In this document: piece by piece, positions 39,001 through 54,176 of the stretch | Layout: each line of letters opens with the position of its first letter | Numbering within the stretch: the first letter of the stretch is position 1 | Assembly (NCBI RefSeq): GCF_000181795.1 | Contig: NW_003526944.1 | Span: 4,133,754 to 4,197,753 of the forward strand | Reading direction: 5' to 3' | From: Trichinella spiralis | Lineage: Eukaryota | DNA: 64,000 nucleotides | The notes under the pieces: generated by a model | The model's input: only the letters and a program-made list of their open reading frames with translations | Databases searched by the model: none | What the model was told of the DNA's origin: nothing | Made by a program: the position numbers and the translations under genes

Positions 39001-42000
39001 ACGACAAATTCTATACCAACGTACACAGATAGGTACATACATAATATGTAACGTTCAAATCAAAATTTTCAAACTGGCCAACTGATTACAACAATTTGAT
39101 TTATGCATTTTTAAATTGCTTTAATAACAACGAGAAGAAAAAAAAGGTGGAGAGAAATACTTTAATTCGTTCATTATTATACACTGTTCTGTTTGCTCGC
39201 TCTAAGATAGATAATACATACACATACGTAGGAAAGCATAGAAGCAAAAAGATTTTAAAAAATTTAACTGAAAGATGACAAATAAAATAAAATGCAAACA
39301 AAATTGCACCTTGACTTCAGATGAAGAAAAACAACTGCTAGTTTTGCTGAAAAGAACAATTGACAAGCGACAAAGCAACAGTTGTGATGATGATAAGAAG
39401 AAGAAATGCTTGTAATTTTGTGCAAATTTACAACCAAATTGGTGGCATATTTTCACTAGTTGCATGGGGTGCTAATTTACGCATGGGTGGATTAGAACAA
39501 AATGGAACACGTTCACATACAAAAATATCCAAATACTGCCTAACCCAACTGAATCCTGTCCTACAAATGATGATGATGAGAAATGTGTCAAAATGTGATG
39601 CAACAATGCTAGTACAATTTGCTTTTGCATAAATTGAACATCAAAGTGAAAACAAAAAAAAATACATCCTGTTCATCATCATCATCATTGTGAAACATCA
39701 CATTTCAATTTTTCCTCCATTATTATTTCAATAAAATTATCAGTCAGATTTATAGTGATTTGTTACTAAAATAAATAATTTTTTTTCTCATTCTTGTTTT
39801 CCCTTAACATTTTCTCCATTCAGCTAACAACAGCACATGCTGTTGTTGTTGTTGTTGTTGTTGCAGGAGGACAAAGCGCCGCGATGGCAAAAATTCCATC
39901 GATTCCGTTTTTCCAATGATCAATTAATTGCGCGCGCCCCGGTGATCATGCTCTGAAGATGCTTTTCATTATTAATAACTAACTAACAGTGAAATGACGG
40001 AAATTTTTCCTTCCACCGTTTCCACATGATAATTGAACATTAGAGCACAGAAAACGACAAATAGGTTCATCAATTAGCATTTTGCATAGTCAAAAATGCA
40101 GTTTTGCTCAAATTGAATGTTCCATTGCAATCTGATTGTTCACAATGAAATCACTCTCATACACCCACAAATCGATCCCATTATAGGAGACAGAAAAAAA
40201 ACACATTACGTAACGTATACTGGTGGTTCAGTTGAAGAAAAAAAATGAAATGTTCTACAACAACATACGAGATCCTCGTTTGCACAACTTTACGGGCATA
40301 ATGCACAAGCTCACAATCGTATGCGCATGCGCATGCCAGTCAGTCATGTTGCAGAAAAAGTTGGCAGAGCATTTTGCTTCCTGCAAACATTCGATATTTT
40401 TTTTACCACAGCTTCTTCCGTCATTCCAAATTGAAGCTTGATTATTTGCAATTTTTCAAAAATTTCAACAACACTCCTCTCTTCTCAGTTCAATTGATGA
40501 ACAACAAACAAACAGAATCTGAGCAAAGCAAAAAAAATAAAAGAAGAAAAAAAAGTCCACATAACCACCACCAGATTTTAGGGAATAATTTCTTTTCTTC
40601 TAAATACATATGATACAATCCGATGACATTTTATTAGCTGCTGGATGTGCATGTGATGTGATGTGATGCAGCTGAACTTGCACGCATGTTTATCTGGTAA
40701 AACAAAAAAGCAAAAAAAATTTCCTGTCTTCAAGGCATGGAAAAGTTTTTTACCAATCGTTGAAGAAAATTCAATAACATATTTTACAAATATTTTGCAC
40801 AAATATCCAATAATATGAAATTTGCATTTGTACAGCTGACTGAGATGGTGGTGGTAAACAGTAAAATCACAGCGTTCGTTCGACTGAGCATAGTTGTATA
40901 ATATTTAATAAAACCGTTCAAGCGATGTTTCCGTGTGTACACACTGCTTTGTGAATATTGTTGCTTTTGACGTTGTATATTTGTTGCACGTTGATCATGA
41001 CACACACACACTGCTGATCCAATATTGCATTAGCATTAAACTGAAAATCCCCTTATATCTCTTTTATCGTTCGTATACCAAGTGCAGAAAAATTACATTT
41101 GAAAAGAAAAAAATAATACAATAAAATACATATCTGTTGTTCATCATCATCAATTAATATTTGCTGAGAGGTGTGAAACCTTTTTTTTTAATTCATCCTT
41201 CGACAATTTTTTATCATCCATATTTCAATGTACCTCTGCCATAATAGTTGAACAATTTTCACACGAAAAACCCACCATACTTGTTCATCTCATGCTGACA
41301 TTGAAACACTATAGAAATTAACCTGTGCAGCCAGAAAAAAACAAACAAACAAACAAACAAACATGTAAAATTAATTGGTTGAATACAAACTTCCCTTCAA
41401 TCTCAACAATTAACTAATCATCACCACAACAAGCCAACAGACGACCACAACAACAGTCAGCAATTACAACAAAAACTGTACACTTGGCAGATTTATCATG
41501 TCAAATCGCATAATGTAATTCAACAAAAATGTCATGTTCATTTAATGAAATTATTGATCATTTTTGTTGTTTCATATTTTCAATCAATTTTCATTTTTCA
41601 AACAAACGAAAAAAATTCTCCTTTTTTCTCCAAATGTATCATCGTGCATACTGCAAATTTTACAACTCAATTTATAAATTAATTAAAATTTAATTTAGTT
41701 TAATGTGCGCAATTTTATTACAATAACACAAATTCTACAAACAATTACTGCGCACAGATGACCCGAATTAGCAGCAGCGGCAGTATTTCAACAATGCAAT
41801 ATATTATTTGTTGTTATAATACATACACATTATTGTTATTAGCATAAAAAAAGGAAAAATCATTTAAAAATACAGTTGCTAAAGGATTATTACATTGGCA
41901 AAAAAATCTGAAAAAAACGGTTTTTTTTAAATATGCATGCGAATATGCTGTATGAAATGCAACAAATAATTTCCCTTGCCAATGAAATATTAAACTTATT

Positions 42001-45000
42001 AAATGTGACTGATTGCTAATAAAAGACACAAAAATAACCAACAACTGCTATACAGTAATTTTGAAAGAAAAAAACGATGCACCACGTACAGGGCTTTGAT
42101 GAAACAGTAGCTCTGCTGCACAACAGTCCGCTGTTCACTTTGCACCAAAACTGACATTAAACCCATGGCCGATTCGCTCGATCCAAGTCAGAGAAAGAAA
42201 AAAAAACTTTAAATGGATTTAAAAACTCCAAAATTGCTGCAACCAAGTAGGTTGAGGAAAGATTGAAAAGGCAATGCAAGAGCAGAAGCTTGAAACAAAG
42301 AACGAAGGTAACTACTCAACGATGTCAGAAGCTTTTCCTTGAGAGGTCGTTACGTCACTGATCATGACAGCTGCAGGCCAAACAAATTCAACATACGATG
42401 CCAAAGAAAGTGGACGACGATTATTCTTATTATCAGTAGAGCAACAACAACAACAACAACAGTAGTAATAATAATAGTAGTAGCATCACTACTACTACTA
42501 CTACTAGAAGTAGTAGTAGCAGTGATAATTAACATCAGCAGTATTATTATAAGCAGAATGATAGAATCGACGACATACGTCCGCATCAAAGTTCCCCTCT
42601 GACCACCTATGCCAAAGTTCAACTAACAGTTATCATTATTCAGTCATTTTTTTAAATATTGCAGACGCCCTTTTTGAAAAAAAATTTACTCGTATATAAC
42701 GGATTTGAAGAATATGAGAAAATCAATCATGAACAAATCTCAAATCAACGATGTATTTTCAAACAAACCTCATGCCGAATACTTACTTAAAATACTGCTA
42801 ATAAATTTGAATATCGAAGCAAAAAAAAATCAGTGCTCGAATATTGCACACAAAGAAAACCCTATTCAACAATTGCAACAGGTCAGTAATTGTTCTACAT
42901 GCAAAGATTGAAACACTACGCTTTCTATTTTCGTTTTGCATTCACAAATATCACATTTTTATTCATGTTGCTCTTTCATGTAAAACAAATATTGAAAGTG
43001 AAAACCGCTCCCTCTTCGCAACTATCCACTCCCTCATTGCGATAATATTCGAAAAAATTAATAATGCACCAGCTGTAGATGAATCGTTAAAGAAAAAACA
43101 TCTCGTTTTAATAAAACTGACCTATTACATGCGAGACATATTTGAAAAGAACTTCATATAATTTACATATATATTGTACAGAATGAAAGTGCAAGAAGGA
43201 AAAAGCATAATTTAATGTTGTCGAAAATTTTCGTACATAAATCAATATAAATAATAATTCAAAAAAAAACATTTCAAACATGTGCGCATTTTTAAAATTT
43301 CAAACATAAATCGACAATTCTTTTCAACCTCTGCATCGACGTCAAGAAAAAAAAACGCACATAATGCAAAATAACTTAAGAGATCACAGAAAAGCATTTT
43401 AACATAAATAAACATTTATGAAAATTGCCTCGCAAATTTCCGTGTTGAAAAAAACAAATTTCAAGAGCAGAAAAAATTTTTTTTCTTTCCCTTCAAACAG
43501 TTCTCACAAACATTTGCACATTTGCGCCCGCTTTGCATCTTGCTTCAAAATTTTTTAATTAAGTACATTTAAATAATATTTTTCACTTTACATTCTATAA
43601 TATATCGAATGTATGCAAAACAGTTGTTGGAAAAAAAATTTTTAACTAAACAACATAACAACAGAAAGATTCTGAAGCTGAAATGCAGAAAGTGAAAAGA
43701 AAAGAAACGTATCATCAATCTTGGCGAGACATATGGCAGATCAAAGCGAACAATTTTGCTCATTACTTACTTGCTGCTGATACTTGAACTAGTAGTATAG
43801 TTGAATATATATTATTTAAATTGGCCAATATCATCACCTCTGATGACAGTTTTGAAAAGTAAAAAAGAAAAAACCTTTTTTCTATTAATTTGAAATACCA
43901 CTGTCAGAATGTTCCGTTAAACAGTGGTGGATGCTGGATTATTACTGCTGTTATCCAAAGACCAGCTGATGTGAAACAAAAAATCCACAATTAGCATTAA
44001 ACCACAGCTGAAGGTCAAAAACCGCCTCCCAATTTAAATTTAAATTTAAAATACCACGCACAAATACATCGCTGCTGTAAACAATACAATGATCGTATTG
44101 TTATAAAAACAAAACAAAGTAGCATAACTGAACAGCTAGCTTATAGACGTGTGTGGTCTTTTGCATCAATCAATCAACCAATCAATAATGAAAGTCGGGT
44201 CAACTGTGACAAACTATTTCACTTCAATTTGAACAAAATTCAAGTTCAACTTTAACAAATATGGTCGGTCGCAAATAAAATAAAAATAACTTGAATAAGA
44301 TAGATGACAATCGATTATGATGAAAATGATCAAATTTGCATAGCACATAAACAAGCAAGCAAGCAAATAAGTAAGTAAGAACGCTTACCTGATGCCAGAA
44401 TCGTTCATGCCTTGTAGCAACATTTGCTCAGCATTCAGCTGACCTCCGGGAAGCAATGTATCCAACAAGCTGTTTCCCGCCTCTCCTTGTTTAGGTGATG
44501 TACATGCCTCAGTGTCGGCCATCGTTCGTGTGGTGACTGGGTGGGGGTCATTGGTGCGCTCTTCGGTAACGGTGGTCAGTGAGTTCGCCTCTATGAAATA
44601 TGAAAAAAAATTTTTTTTTAATCTTTTGATTCATTGACAGTCATGTTAATGGTAACAACAACGAAACATCACCATTTTGCATGACAAAAATTGAAATTTC
44701 AACTCTTCCGAGCTAATCATTTCCATTATACTAGGAATGATGACTACTACTACGTATAAATGTACGTATAAAAATTTTTTGATCAAACATTTCAGCCCAA
44801 ATGTTGCTGTTACACGTGTGTTAAACAGTAAAATGTTTCAAATTACGACAACAATCGTGAAAATGATAAAAAAAGTTGAAAAGCAAACGCTATCGCTATG
44901 CATAATCTGTTATCACTTGAGAAGCATCTACACTTTAACTAGATTAAAAGAAATTCCAATGCAATTTCAAATATTTTTTGTTTTAAAAATAAAAGTTTAG

Positions 45001-46865
45001 AATAGTTGGTTTTTCTTTCTCTTTGATTTTTTCCAATTCTTTCTTACAATTCAGTATCACTAAAATGAAATGGTACTATTTTTTTTGTTGATAAAAATCA
45101 TTCCAGAACAAATACACACAATCGCTAAATAGTGGACGAAATAAAAACCTACTATTAACATCGTCAATGACCGTAGCAGCAATTTTAAATGTGCAATCAG
45201 CTGCAGCTTAATTTTTGCGATCAAACAATCAATGCACACTGCTGATATAAATTGCAGGATTCTGGCATTCGGAAGAGAAATCAATAAAAACGAATCAAGA
45301 GCAATGCTTGATACTACAGATAAGTAACAATGCATCGTATAAATAAATGATCTAAAAATGCTTCAAATTGGAAACATGATTAATTAATTACAAAGCTATT
45401 TAGTAGCTCAGTTCTATTATGGAACGCATCTGATGCATCATTTTCAACAGCTAATTGACTTGCCCAAATTTGTAAACTGGGAAACGAAAATAGCACTTAT
45501 GCTCAGCTTTAATACAATGATCAATGAACTATCCACTATCAATTTATACTTACTGATGAACAAGTTACGTTATATCATCTTACTGTAAAATACAGTAATC
45601 ACTTGAAACAAACGGAACGGAAAAGCTAGCGACTTAATTAATAGAACACATGGAACAGGGCAAATACAGAATTTACTTAAACGATGCAAATGTGCAACTG
45701 ATAATGGATGTCGATTGTTCATCTCTACCGACATGCTGAGGATCGAGTTTGTAAAGAAGAACTAATTTTTAAATTTCTTTTCCTCTGAATCGAACAAAAA
45801 TCGAATAGGAAGATAAAATTGCTGAATTTGAAAAAACGAACAAATGAAATAAAAAGAAATATGTGAAAATAAATACAAATAATACGTCGATGAAAAGAAG
45901 TGAATGTGAAAAAGAAAGAAAGAAAAAAAATGCTGTTCTGTTTCGATACTGCAAACACCTTGCTCTCTGATAGAATGCTTTGCACACTTCAAAAGCTGAT
46001 TGCTGCTAAATCGCTAATAATTCGAAAAGAAGGATATGTATCATAATCGACAGCAAAGTGACGCGTTTCGTCAGCTGTTCTGCCATTATTATGTTCAATT
46101 TAATTCCACATGCAATATTTAGGATGTTGTTGAATAAAACATTTATTTGTTGGTAAAATAAAACTACTTACCAGTTGTAATTACATTGGAACCAGTTGTC
46201 GTCGTCGGTCCAGTATCAGTAATAACCGGTAAAACGGTGAACTTGCGCTTGGGGGCTTCGCGCAGTTCGACATTTTCGGTTGACTGTGCCGGCAGGCTTA
46301 CAGTGCTAGCTTTGGAAGTGTCAGTCGACAATGCTGAAGATGCCTTTTTCGACGGATCATCACCTTCGAATTCTTTGCACAGCCAACGACCACGTTTGAA
46401 TGGATCGCTGGCCAATTTCACTATGTGAAATCGCGAGGAAACAGTCGGCAAAGTAGTGGAAACATCCCCAACAGAAGGGCGGGGTGAGTCGGGGGTCACT
46501 TCAGTAGTGATAACAAAGGCTGGCAAATTTTTCGAGCCGGTATTATCGCGCTGAAGCGGTTGGTCGCCTATGGCAAACATTACCCCAGGTTCGGCAGATC
46601 CGTTGCAGATACCAGACTCATTGGAAGAGGAACCATTCTCAGTCAAATCCTGATCACTGCCAGAAGTCTGATCAACGCAAGTGATTACGAATTTTCGATC
46701 CTTGTCAACAACGTCCACTTGAAAATTTTTACCTATAGCATCTTCCGACTGTACACAGCGCAAAGGGGCTGTATTTGTTTCAATCTTCGGTGAAACTATT
46801 TGAACCGATTTTTTCCGTTCAACAACACTACGCGGCGCACATTCCATACGAGCTTGGTTCATCAT
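36083..46865 (-). CDS. TSC22 domain family / bunched-like protein, long isoform (exons 46865-46172, 44590-44389, 37862-37778, 36385-36083)
   Basis: The exons join in phase. TSC box [37 protein letters not shown] plus leucine zipper, and long-isoform motif [21 protein letters not shown]. Confidence 0.9.
38076..38185 (-). CDS. Alternative first coding exon of the TSC22-family gene (short isoform)
   Basis: ATG at 38185, [36 protein letters not shown], and an AG|GTATAT donor in phase 2 that matches the 37862 acceptor. Confidence 0.75.
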
Positions 46866-49789
46866 GTCGGTACATCAACCAGTAACCTATAAAAAATATA
46901 AAAATCACAAAAAAGACATCAATAAAATTAAAATGCAACAGTATAAGATGGAGAATTCGAAATAACTTGATATAAATCAACCTAACAATCTATCAAGGGA
47001 AAACCAACTTAAATTACTGTAAAAGTTTGATGCTCAGGTAAAAATTAACAAAACGTTAATCTGTTATAATTGTCACTGTTCAAAGACTCTGCAAAGTGTT
47101 CAGAAAAAAATATACCAAACTAATCAATAATATTACACACCAATAAACTCAAATCTCTAAATTATGTGCATTATACAAATGAAGCGTACAAACCAGACAA
47201 ATAGTTGAATTGATCATTTAGTGTTTGTAAATTATTTTTACTTTTTCATTGACTAAAGTAAAGTGTTAATTAAAAATTAAAATTATGAATAAAATACAGC
47301 TATTAAAATTAAAGAAAAACAATCAAATTGCACATTCTATACACAGAATACTGATAAAAACATCAAGCATTAAGTAACATCATGTAGAATGTCGGAATTT
47401 TGACAAAATTACAAATAAATTAATCAAATAACCATCAAATCCATTCACTTTGTTTAAAATTATTACATGATTTCATCAAAATGAACGACATTTATAAACA
47501 TAAAGGTAAACAAGCATAATATCAAGAAGAAAACGCTTACACATTCAATAAAGCTGAATCAATATTAACTGTGAAATGGTAGGACAAATGCCAAAACTTT
47601 TCACTTATAGAAAACAATAAAAACAGCATGTTAATAAATGAAAACAGCGATTACATTATGTTTTCCTAGACAAATGAGCATTGTCTTGGCAATTTATAAA
47701 ATATGATCCATCATAATATAGAGTACATACAAACTCTGTCCCCTTTTCAAAAAAAAAACATTAAACATTTTCCCAATGAACGTATTCGTAATTTGCTTAA
47801 AGTAATTGAATAAAAAGGATATTTAATGAATTGTACAACAACAAAAATTCAACACTTACAGAATAGTAGAATAGCCAATAATGAATTCAAAACTCAGTTC
47901 AAGTCTAGTCTAATTATGTAATATTATGTAAAATAAACATTGAAAAATTATGCATTACATAATCAGAAATAGTAACATATACTTCGTTTTTACGTATATA
48001 TGTATGAAAAAAATAAAATATTTTACAAGTCTAATTTGTATCAGTCAATCAGAAATGATCAAAAAAAACTTCTTTTTAAAATACAAGCGGATTTGTTCGA
48101 CAGCAATCAATCACCCGGTTCTGTGATACTTGCCACAAATTTATATCCGTATTAATTATCATGTTTTATTTTTTTAACATTCCGTCATTTTAGATTTAGT
48201 CAAAAAATCTGATAAAGGTATAAAAATTGAGATCAAATTTAACAGCAAAACAAACCAGAACTACAGCAACAACACCAACACCAACCAGTATACATGATGA
48301 ATGAATTCATAGTTTACCTGAGACTTCATAATACATAAAAACCAATTTACAAACCAAATAAAAAGCAAACTTGCAAGCATTACAAACAATAAAAAATGTC
48401 TTATACTAGTAGCATTGTGGTTTTATTTCTTGATTTCGTAAAGCAATAGTGCATATTACTAAAAATAACACAAACATGTAACTAATTAACTATATGTACG
48501 TATAAATTTATGGCAGAAAAAAAAAACAAACAAATATCTGTACGAAAATTTTCTTACTTGAAGTTTTCAATATTACATACATAGGCATTACATTGATAAT
48601 ATGACAAAAAATGTAAATACGCCACAAAAAAACTAAACGTAAATCAATAAAACCTTTATCAATCAACAGGGAGCAAGGTGTGATAAAAACGCTCTTCTGT
48701 TGATATATCGTTTTTCAGAAAAGGAGAAAAATATATAAAACTTCATCAAACAACTTAATCAACTCATAGTTGAAGTATATCACTTATGCCCAAAGGAATT
48801 GAGTTTTAAAATCAACAGAAAGTTCATTGAACAATAAAAATAAGAAAACTAGCACTATATATATACGTGTTCATTTTGATATATGTTAAATAAATTGAAA
48901 TATCGCTTTTCCCTTTTGTTATTTATGATATAAACAATATTTTCTTAATATATATGGCATAAAATTTGTATCGTGATTTCTGAGCATAAAAAAGTGATGT
49001 ACAAGTACGCAAAAATGGACAACATTACAGTACGCTTGAATGTTAGCAACAGTTGTCTGGAAAGATGATTCTCATTTCTCAGTTAATTGATCTGTTCACT
49101 TTTAACACATCTCAGCTGAAAACAACATTTATTTAAAATTTAGTAAATAATTTTAAATTTCGAATATTATATAATAATGAATGAAGAAAAAACGTCAAGG
49201 GTGATATGAATTGATTGATAAAATGATGTTGAATTTCATCAATGTGTTGAAATTAAAAAGTTATTAATTTAAAATGTAAAAAGTAATAGATGCGAAAACG
49301 TAAAGTAATAGATGTGTAGAAATTTTATATTTTACTACAATATGATTAGTTCTGGTCAAACCCAGAAGCCAAAATCATAACAAGTAGATCATAATACATC
49401 ATTATTGTGTAGGTGTAATGTTGTTTTTGAAATTTAAGCGAATAGGCTAATTTGAACGGACGATCAAGCAGGAATACATTTAATTGAACACATCGCAAAG
49501 CAACGAATTAAACTAAAGTTCCACTGCCAGTGACGCAATTGTAAATTATCTTGAAAAAGATGCAAATTGGACAACAAACAACAGCGCAAAAATAGCAAAA
49601 TTTCATAGTTGAAAGAGAAAAAACCTCAATCCATCGGTACAAGCGGAATTTTACAGAATGAGGATGCGAACTGAGATGAGAAGAAAAATATTCCCCCCCT
49701 CCCTCCCCCCAAGTGAACAAAATGTCAGCTAAAGAAAAGCTGATTGATTGTTCAGCTGCAAATAGTACATCCGGTGCAGCAGCAGACTT

Positions 49790-49935
49790 CCCAACAGGAT
49801 ACTTTCAACGAATTCCAGCCTCTACGAAGATTTCGAAAAAAAAAGACCATCCAAGAAAAGAATGCAGAAATATTTTTACAAACTGCTTGTCAACAAACAT
49901 CTCAGCATGGAATGGAAAAACGTCAGTGAAGACGT
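49790..49935 (+). mobile_element. Possible piggyBac transposase C-terminal remnant
   Basis: Peptide GYFQRIPASTKISKKKDHPRKECR..NGK resembles the region leading into the piggyBac Cys-rich domain. No terminal repeats were found. Confidence 0.3.
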
Positions 49936-52900
49936 AAGCAACCGTAAGTGAATAAAAATAAAATCATAAAACTTGAAAATACTCACGAACATGAAAAAAA
50001 CCTTTTCGTAGAATTTTATTTGTATTAGTTTATTTTCATTTAAATTTCTATCATTTTATTCAACTCAATTAATTAATTAATAGAAAATAAAAAGGTGTTG
50101 TTTTTTTTATTTTAAATGAAGAAATACGCATGCATATAGATTATTTATTCTTATTATTAAATAAACAGCTGTTGTTGTCATTATAGTTTTTGTTAATTTT
50201 TGACTTTGTAATTAAAAAGTCGTAAAGGTATATTTTTTTCTCCGATTACAAATCAACGTCAAATGAATAAATGAGCACAAAGTGAAACAGACAGGCGCCT
50301 GTTGATTGAACGTTTAGCAGCCAAGAGAAGACGCTTCACCAGCTGCTCATAGAATATATTATGCTGAGCTAATGGAAAAAATCGGCCTGCATGTCGTCGT
50401 TTGCTTGCCAATTCAAACAATGCAAATCCAAGCCGACGAAAGAATATGTATGATGCGTTCAAATTGCTTTCCAATAAGCGATCAAGCAAGCAGGCAAGCT
50501 TGTTGGAATATTTTTCTTCAACAACAACAACACGAACAATATGAACAATAGCATAAACATAATAAAATCAAACGAGACTTTTGCAATTTGCTTATTTTTC
50601 ATTTCATAACATAAGCCCTCAAGAATAAGTAAGTCACAAACATCTGACACAAATCTCCTGAAACAGAGAGCATTTTATAACGTAAAGCTTCAAAAAGAGC
50701 TAAAAGAAGATAAAATGCTGTTCACTGATGATCAAATAGAACAAGCTTTTTGGAAAAATTAAAAAATAAAATTATACACATTTTGCAGACAGATCGATCA
50801 CCACCAATATGCGGATATCATTAACACAGCACAGAAACGGTAAATTAAAACGGTGTTCAAATAGTTTGCTAGTCAGAGTTCAATTCTGATAGCAGCATAC
50901 TATTATCATCATTATTATTAGTATTTAATGAACAACAAAAAAAAATGCTGAATGATGATGAATGAACAAATAAATTAGTTATTTGAAAAGTTCTCTTCAT
51001 CATATGTATATTCATTAATTTTTCAAAAATATCCTCAACAACAACAACAACAATCGATCAGCCAAACACGCAAACACGCAACAGGTTCGCTTGGCGTTGA
51101 TGAAAGACAAAAAAGAGGAAAAAGTAGAAGCATTTCTAAAAATTAATTCATTCAAATGGATGAAATTTCAAACACGCGCGCAAAAATGTTAGAAAACGGT
51201 AATTTCGAAAAAGCTTCAAACTTGTTGACGTGAATGTAACTCGACCGCCTGTTTACTTACAACTAACTCCCTCCAATTTGCACACACGACCAACATTCTT
51301 GCACATCAATCATTCAATTTCATGATTCAAATGCCCCAACTTATCAAGAAAATTAATATAAGAAATTATTGAAATATTCAAATCAATAACACAAACATAA
51401 TTTTAAACAAAAATTTTCATAAATTTATACACATGCTTTTCAAACACCGATTGTTCTTTTTCCTTTTTACGAATTCACATTTCACACGATCCTATATATT
51501 CATTCATTCATTGCTTCAAATCAAGTGTTCCTCGTTCTTAATTTTTTTTGCTGCATTCTTCCTCATCTATTCGCTTTATTATGAATATCATCATCAAATC
51601 ATTGTTGGCGTCAGCGCTAGACAACAAAATTAAGCCATTAAATATGAAATTTGAAAAAAGTTTCATTCAAAAACAATCGGCTCTAAATATCGCTGAAAAG
51701 ATGTAACAGAATAAGAAAATTTATTGTTTTAATAGTTATAAAATAATCTTCAATAAAATTGAAGCACAACGAGATAAAATTGATTTCCCACTTTTTCTGT
51801 TCAATTTATAAGTGTAAATTTTATAAAGTAAAAATACATGTGCGTGCAAGAAGTAAGTAATTGTGGGTGTGGGTATTTATTTGTTTGTGCTTGGCTGTGC
51901 CGTAGCGTGATGAGTTAGTGTCATTTTTACATCTGCTATTGACATCAGTATTTTCACATCAAATGCAAATCTCGCTAAAAGTAAAACATCTGAAAGTGCA
52001 TTTTTATTATCATTTGTTGCACATAATAAATCACAATGATCATGATAAAAATTTTCATTATTACAAAATAATAACTTTCCCAATAAGCTATTTCTTTTTT
52101 TCTTCACTTTGGCATTTCAGTTTTGCAAAGTATTACTTTTTTTACATTAAAATGAGGAGAGAGAATCTATTGAAGCAATGAAGCTAAGCAGAACGAGCAA
52201 AAAAAAAGCTAAACTATTATTGCACGTTGCTAAGTTTTGTTTTTGAAGATTCCACAAGCCGCGACGACTGCTTTGGCTCATCGAAAAGCCATATGCTGGT
52301 ACACGATTACTAACTAGCACTGCTGTTGCTGCTGCTACTACTACGACTACTACTGATGCTACTACTGCTACTACTACTGCTTCTGCATAATTATAATTTT
52401 AAACTATTATTTCTTAGTTTCGGGATATTTAGTTTATTTATTTATTTATTTATTTATCAGTTGCTTCAACAAACTCTCAGGAATGTCGTTCACTATAGAC
52501 ACGTCAATTCGACAAATCAACAACGCCTTGCTTTTCGTTTCAATTTAGTTGAAAACTAATTAATGTTCGCAACTGATCAGTTAGCAAAAATTAGCTGCTC
52601 AAATTTTCAAAAAACAAGAAAACAGCAATTTCTTCTACGTTCAATAGTACAGTTTCATTAAATTAAAAATAAGAGAAAATAAAATAACGAACAATGAATG
52701 CACCTTTTCAATTTATAATAAAATAATTTCAATACAAACGACGTTTGACAAATAAATGCACATGGATTCCCCACCAATATTAGCATCATTATTATAGTTA
52801 TTATATAAATTATTGTTTATTTTCAGTTTATAAATTTTTTCTCTTGTTTATGATGTTCATGAAACGAAACATGATCTGAAATGCATTAATTACTACTGTG

Positions 52901-53042
52901 TAGAAAGAAATTGCTTTATCAGAGTTGAGAATTCGGCCATTGTGGAAAAGTGATTTTTTTCACTAGTTTTAATAAATAATGTTGTCATAAGTTGACTAGC
53001 TGACCATAAGTTGTAATGGAGCAGAATCAGCTGCGCAAATGG

Positions 53043-53346
53043 TGCATAAATGTTGTTGTGAGTATTTGTTGCTCTGTTGCTACTACTACTACTACCACTG
53101 GAGCCCCACTGTTGTTGTCGTTTATGCTAACCTCGAGGCTAGCCAGCCAGCCAGCCACCAAGCCAGCTAGCTGCTTTTTCTCTTTCTTTTGGCGTAGGCT
53201 TGGCGACAGCCGACTAGTGCTATAATATTCTGCTGGCAGTATAAATAGCCGCATAGCGGACGTGCGTAAGCTGCAAGCATAGCTGGCATACTGCGAGCGT
53301 CACCTTTTCTTTCAGTTGAAGTTTCTCCTAGATATTAACTACACGC

Positions 53347-53378
<32 letters not shown>

Positions 53379-53448
53379 TCTCATACACACCCACAAACAG
53401 ACATTCACACGCACACACATTCATACATACACATTACACACACGCGTG

Positions 53449-53494
<46 letters not shown>

Positions 53495-53810
53495 CAAATT
53501 GCAGCTGACTCTTTTCACTATTGTTGTGGCATTCTTGCGTGCATTGACGAACGAACGCTCTTTCCGCTTCGTCATTGCTTCTCTCTATCAAGCTTCTAAC
53601 TGGCCAATCAGTTGATCGGTCGGTTAACAGCAACAAGCAAGCACAGCTACTAGTAATTCTTACTCTTTCGCTTTTTCCTTTGCTCCGTTCAGCTCGAGCA
53701 AAAGCAAACCTCTATCACACTCCATTGCACACTACGAACTACACATGCAGTTGCAACCGGGTGGTGCGGTGTCAGTCTTTTTCCCAATCAGCCGTATGCG
53801 TCTGGGTCAC
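53043..53810 (+). repeat. Near-identical duplicate of 53843-54592 (myosin upstream region) across an N gap
   Basis: Direct identity apart from (AT)n length and noisy ends at the gap. Confidence 0.9.
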
Positions 53811-54036
53811 ATAAAATGTGGGGGGGGGGGAGNNNNNNNNNNAAATGTTGGTTGTGAGTAATTTGTGGCTCTGTTGCTACTACTACTACTACCACTGGAA
53901 GCCCCCACTGTTGTTGTCGTTATGCTAACCTCGAGGCTAGCCAGCCAGCCAGCCACCAAGCCAGCTAGCTGCTTTTTCTCTTTCTTTTGGCGTAGGCTTG
54001 GCGACAGCCGACTAGTGCTATAATATTCTGCTGGCA

Positions 54037-54047
54037 GTATAAATAGC
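54037..54047 (+). promoter_or_regulatory. Candidate TATA/MEF2-like element upstream of the myosin gene
   Basis: gTATAAATAG in a GC-richer context about 850 bp upstream of the ATG; one mismatch from the MEF2 consensus YTAWWWWTAR. Confidence 0.35.
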
Positions 54048-54144
54048 CGCATAGCGGACGTGCGTAAGCTGCAAGCATAGCTGGCATACTGCGAGCGTCA
54101 CCTTTTCTTTCAGTTGAAGTTTCTCCTAGATATTAACTACACGC

Positions 54145-54176
<32 letters not shown>

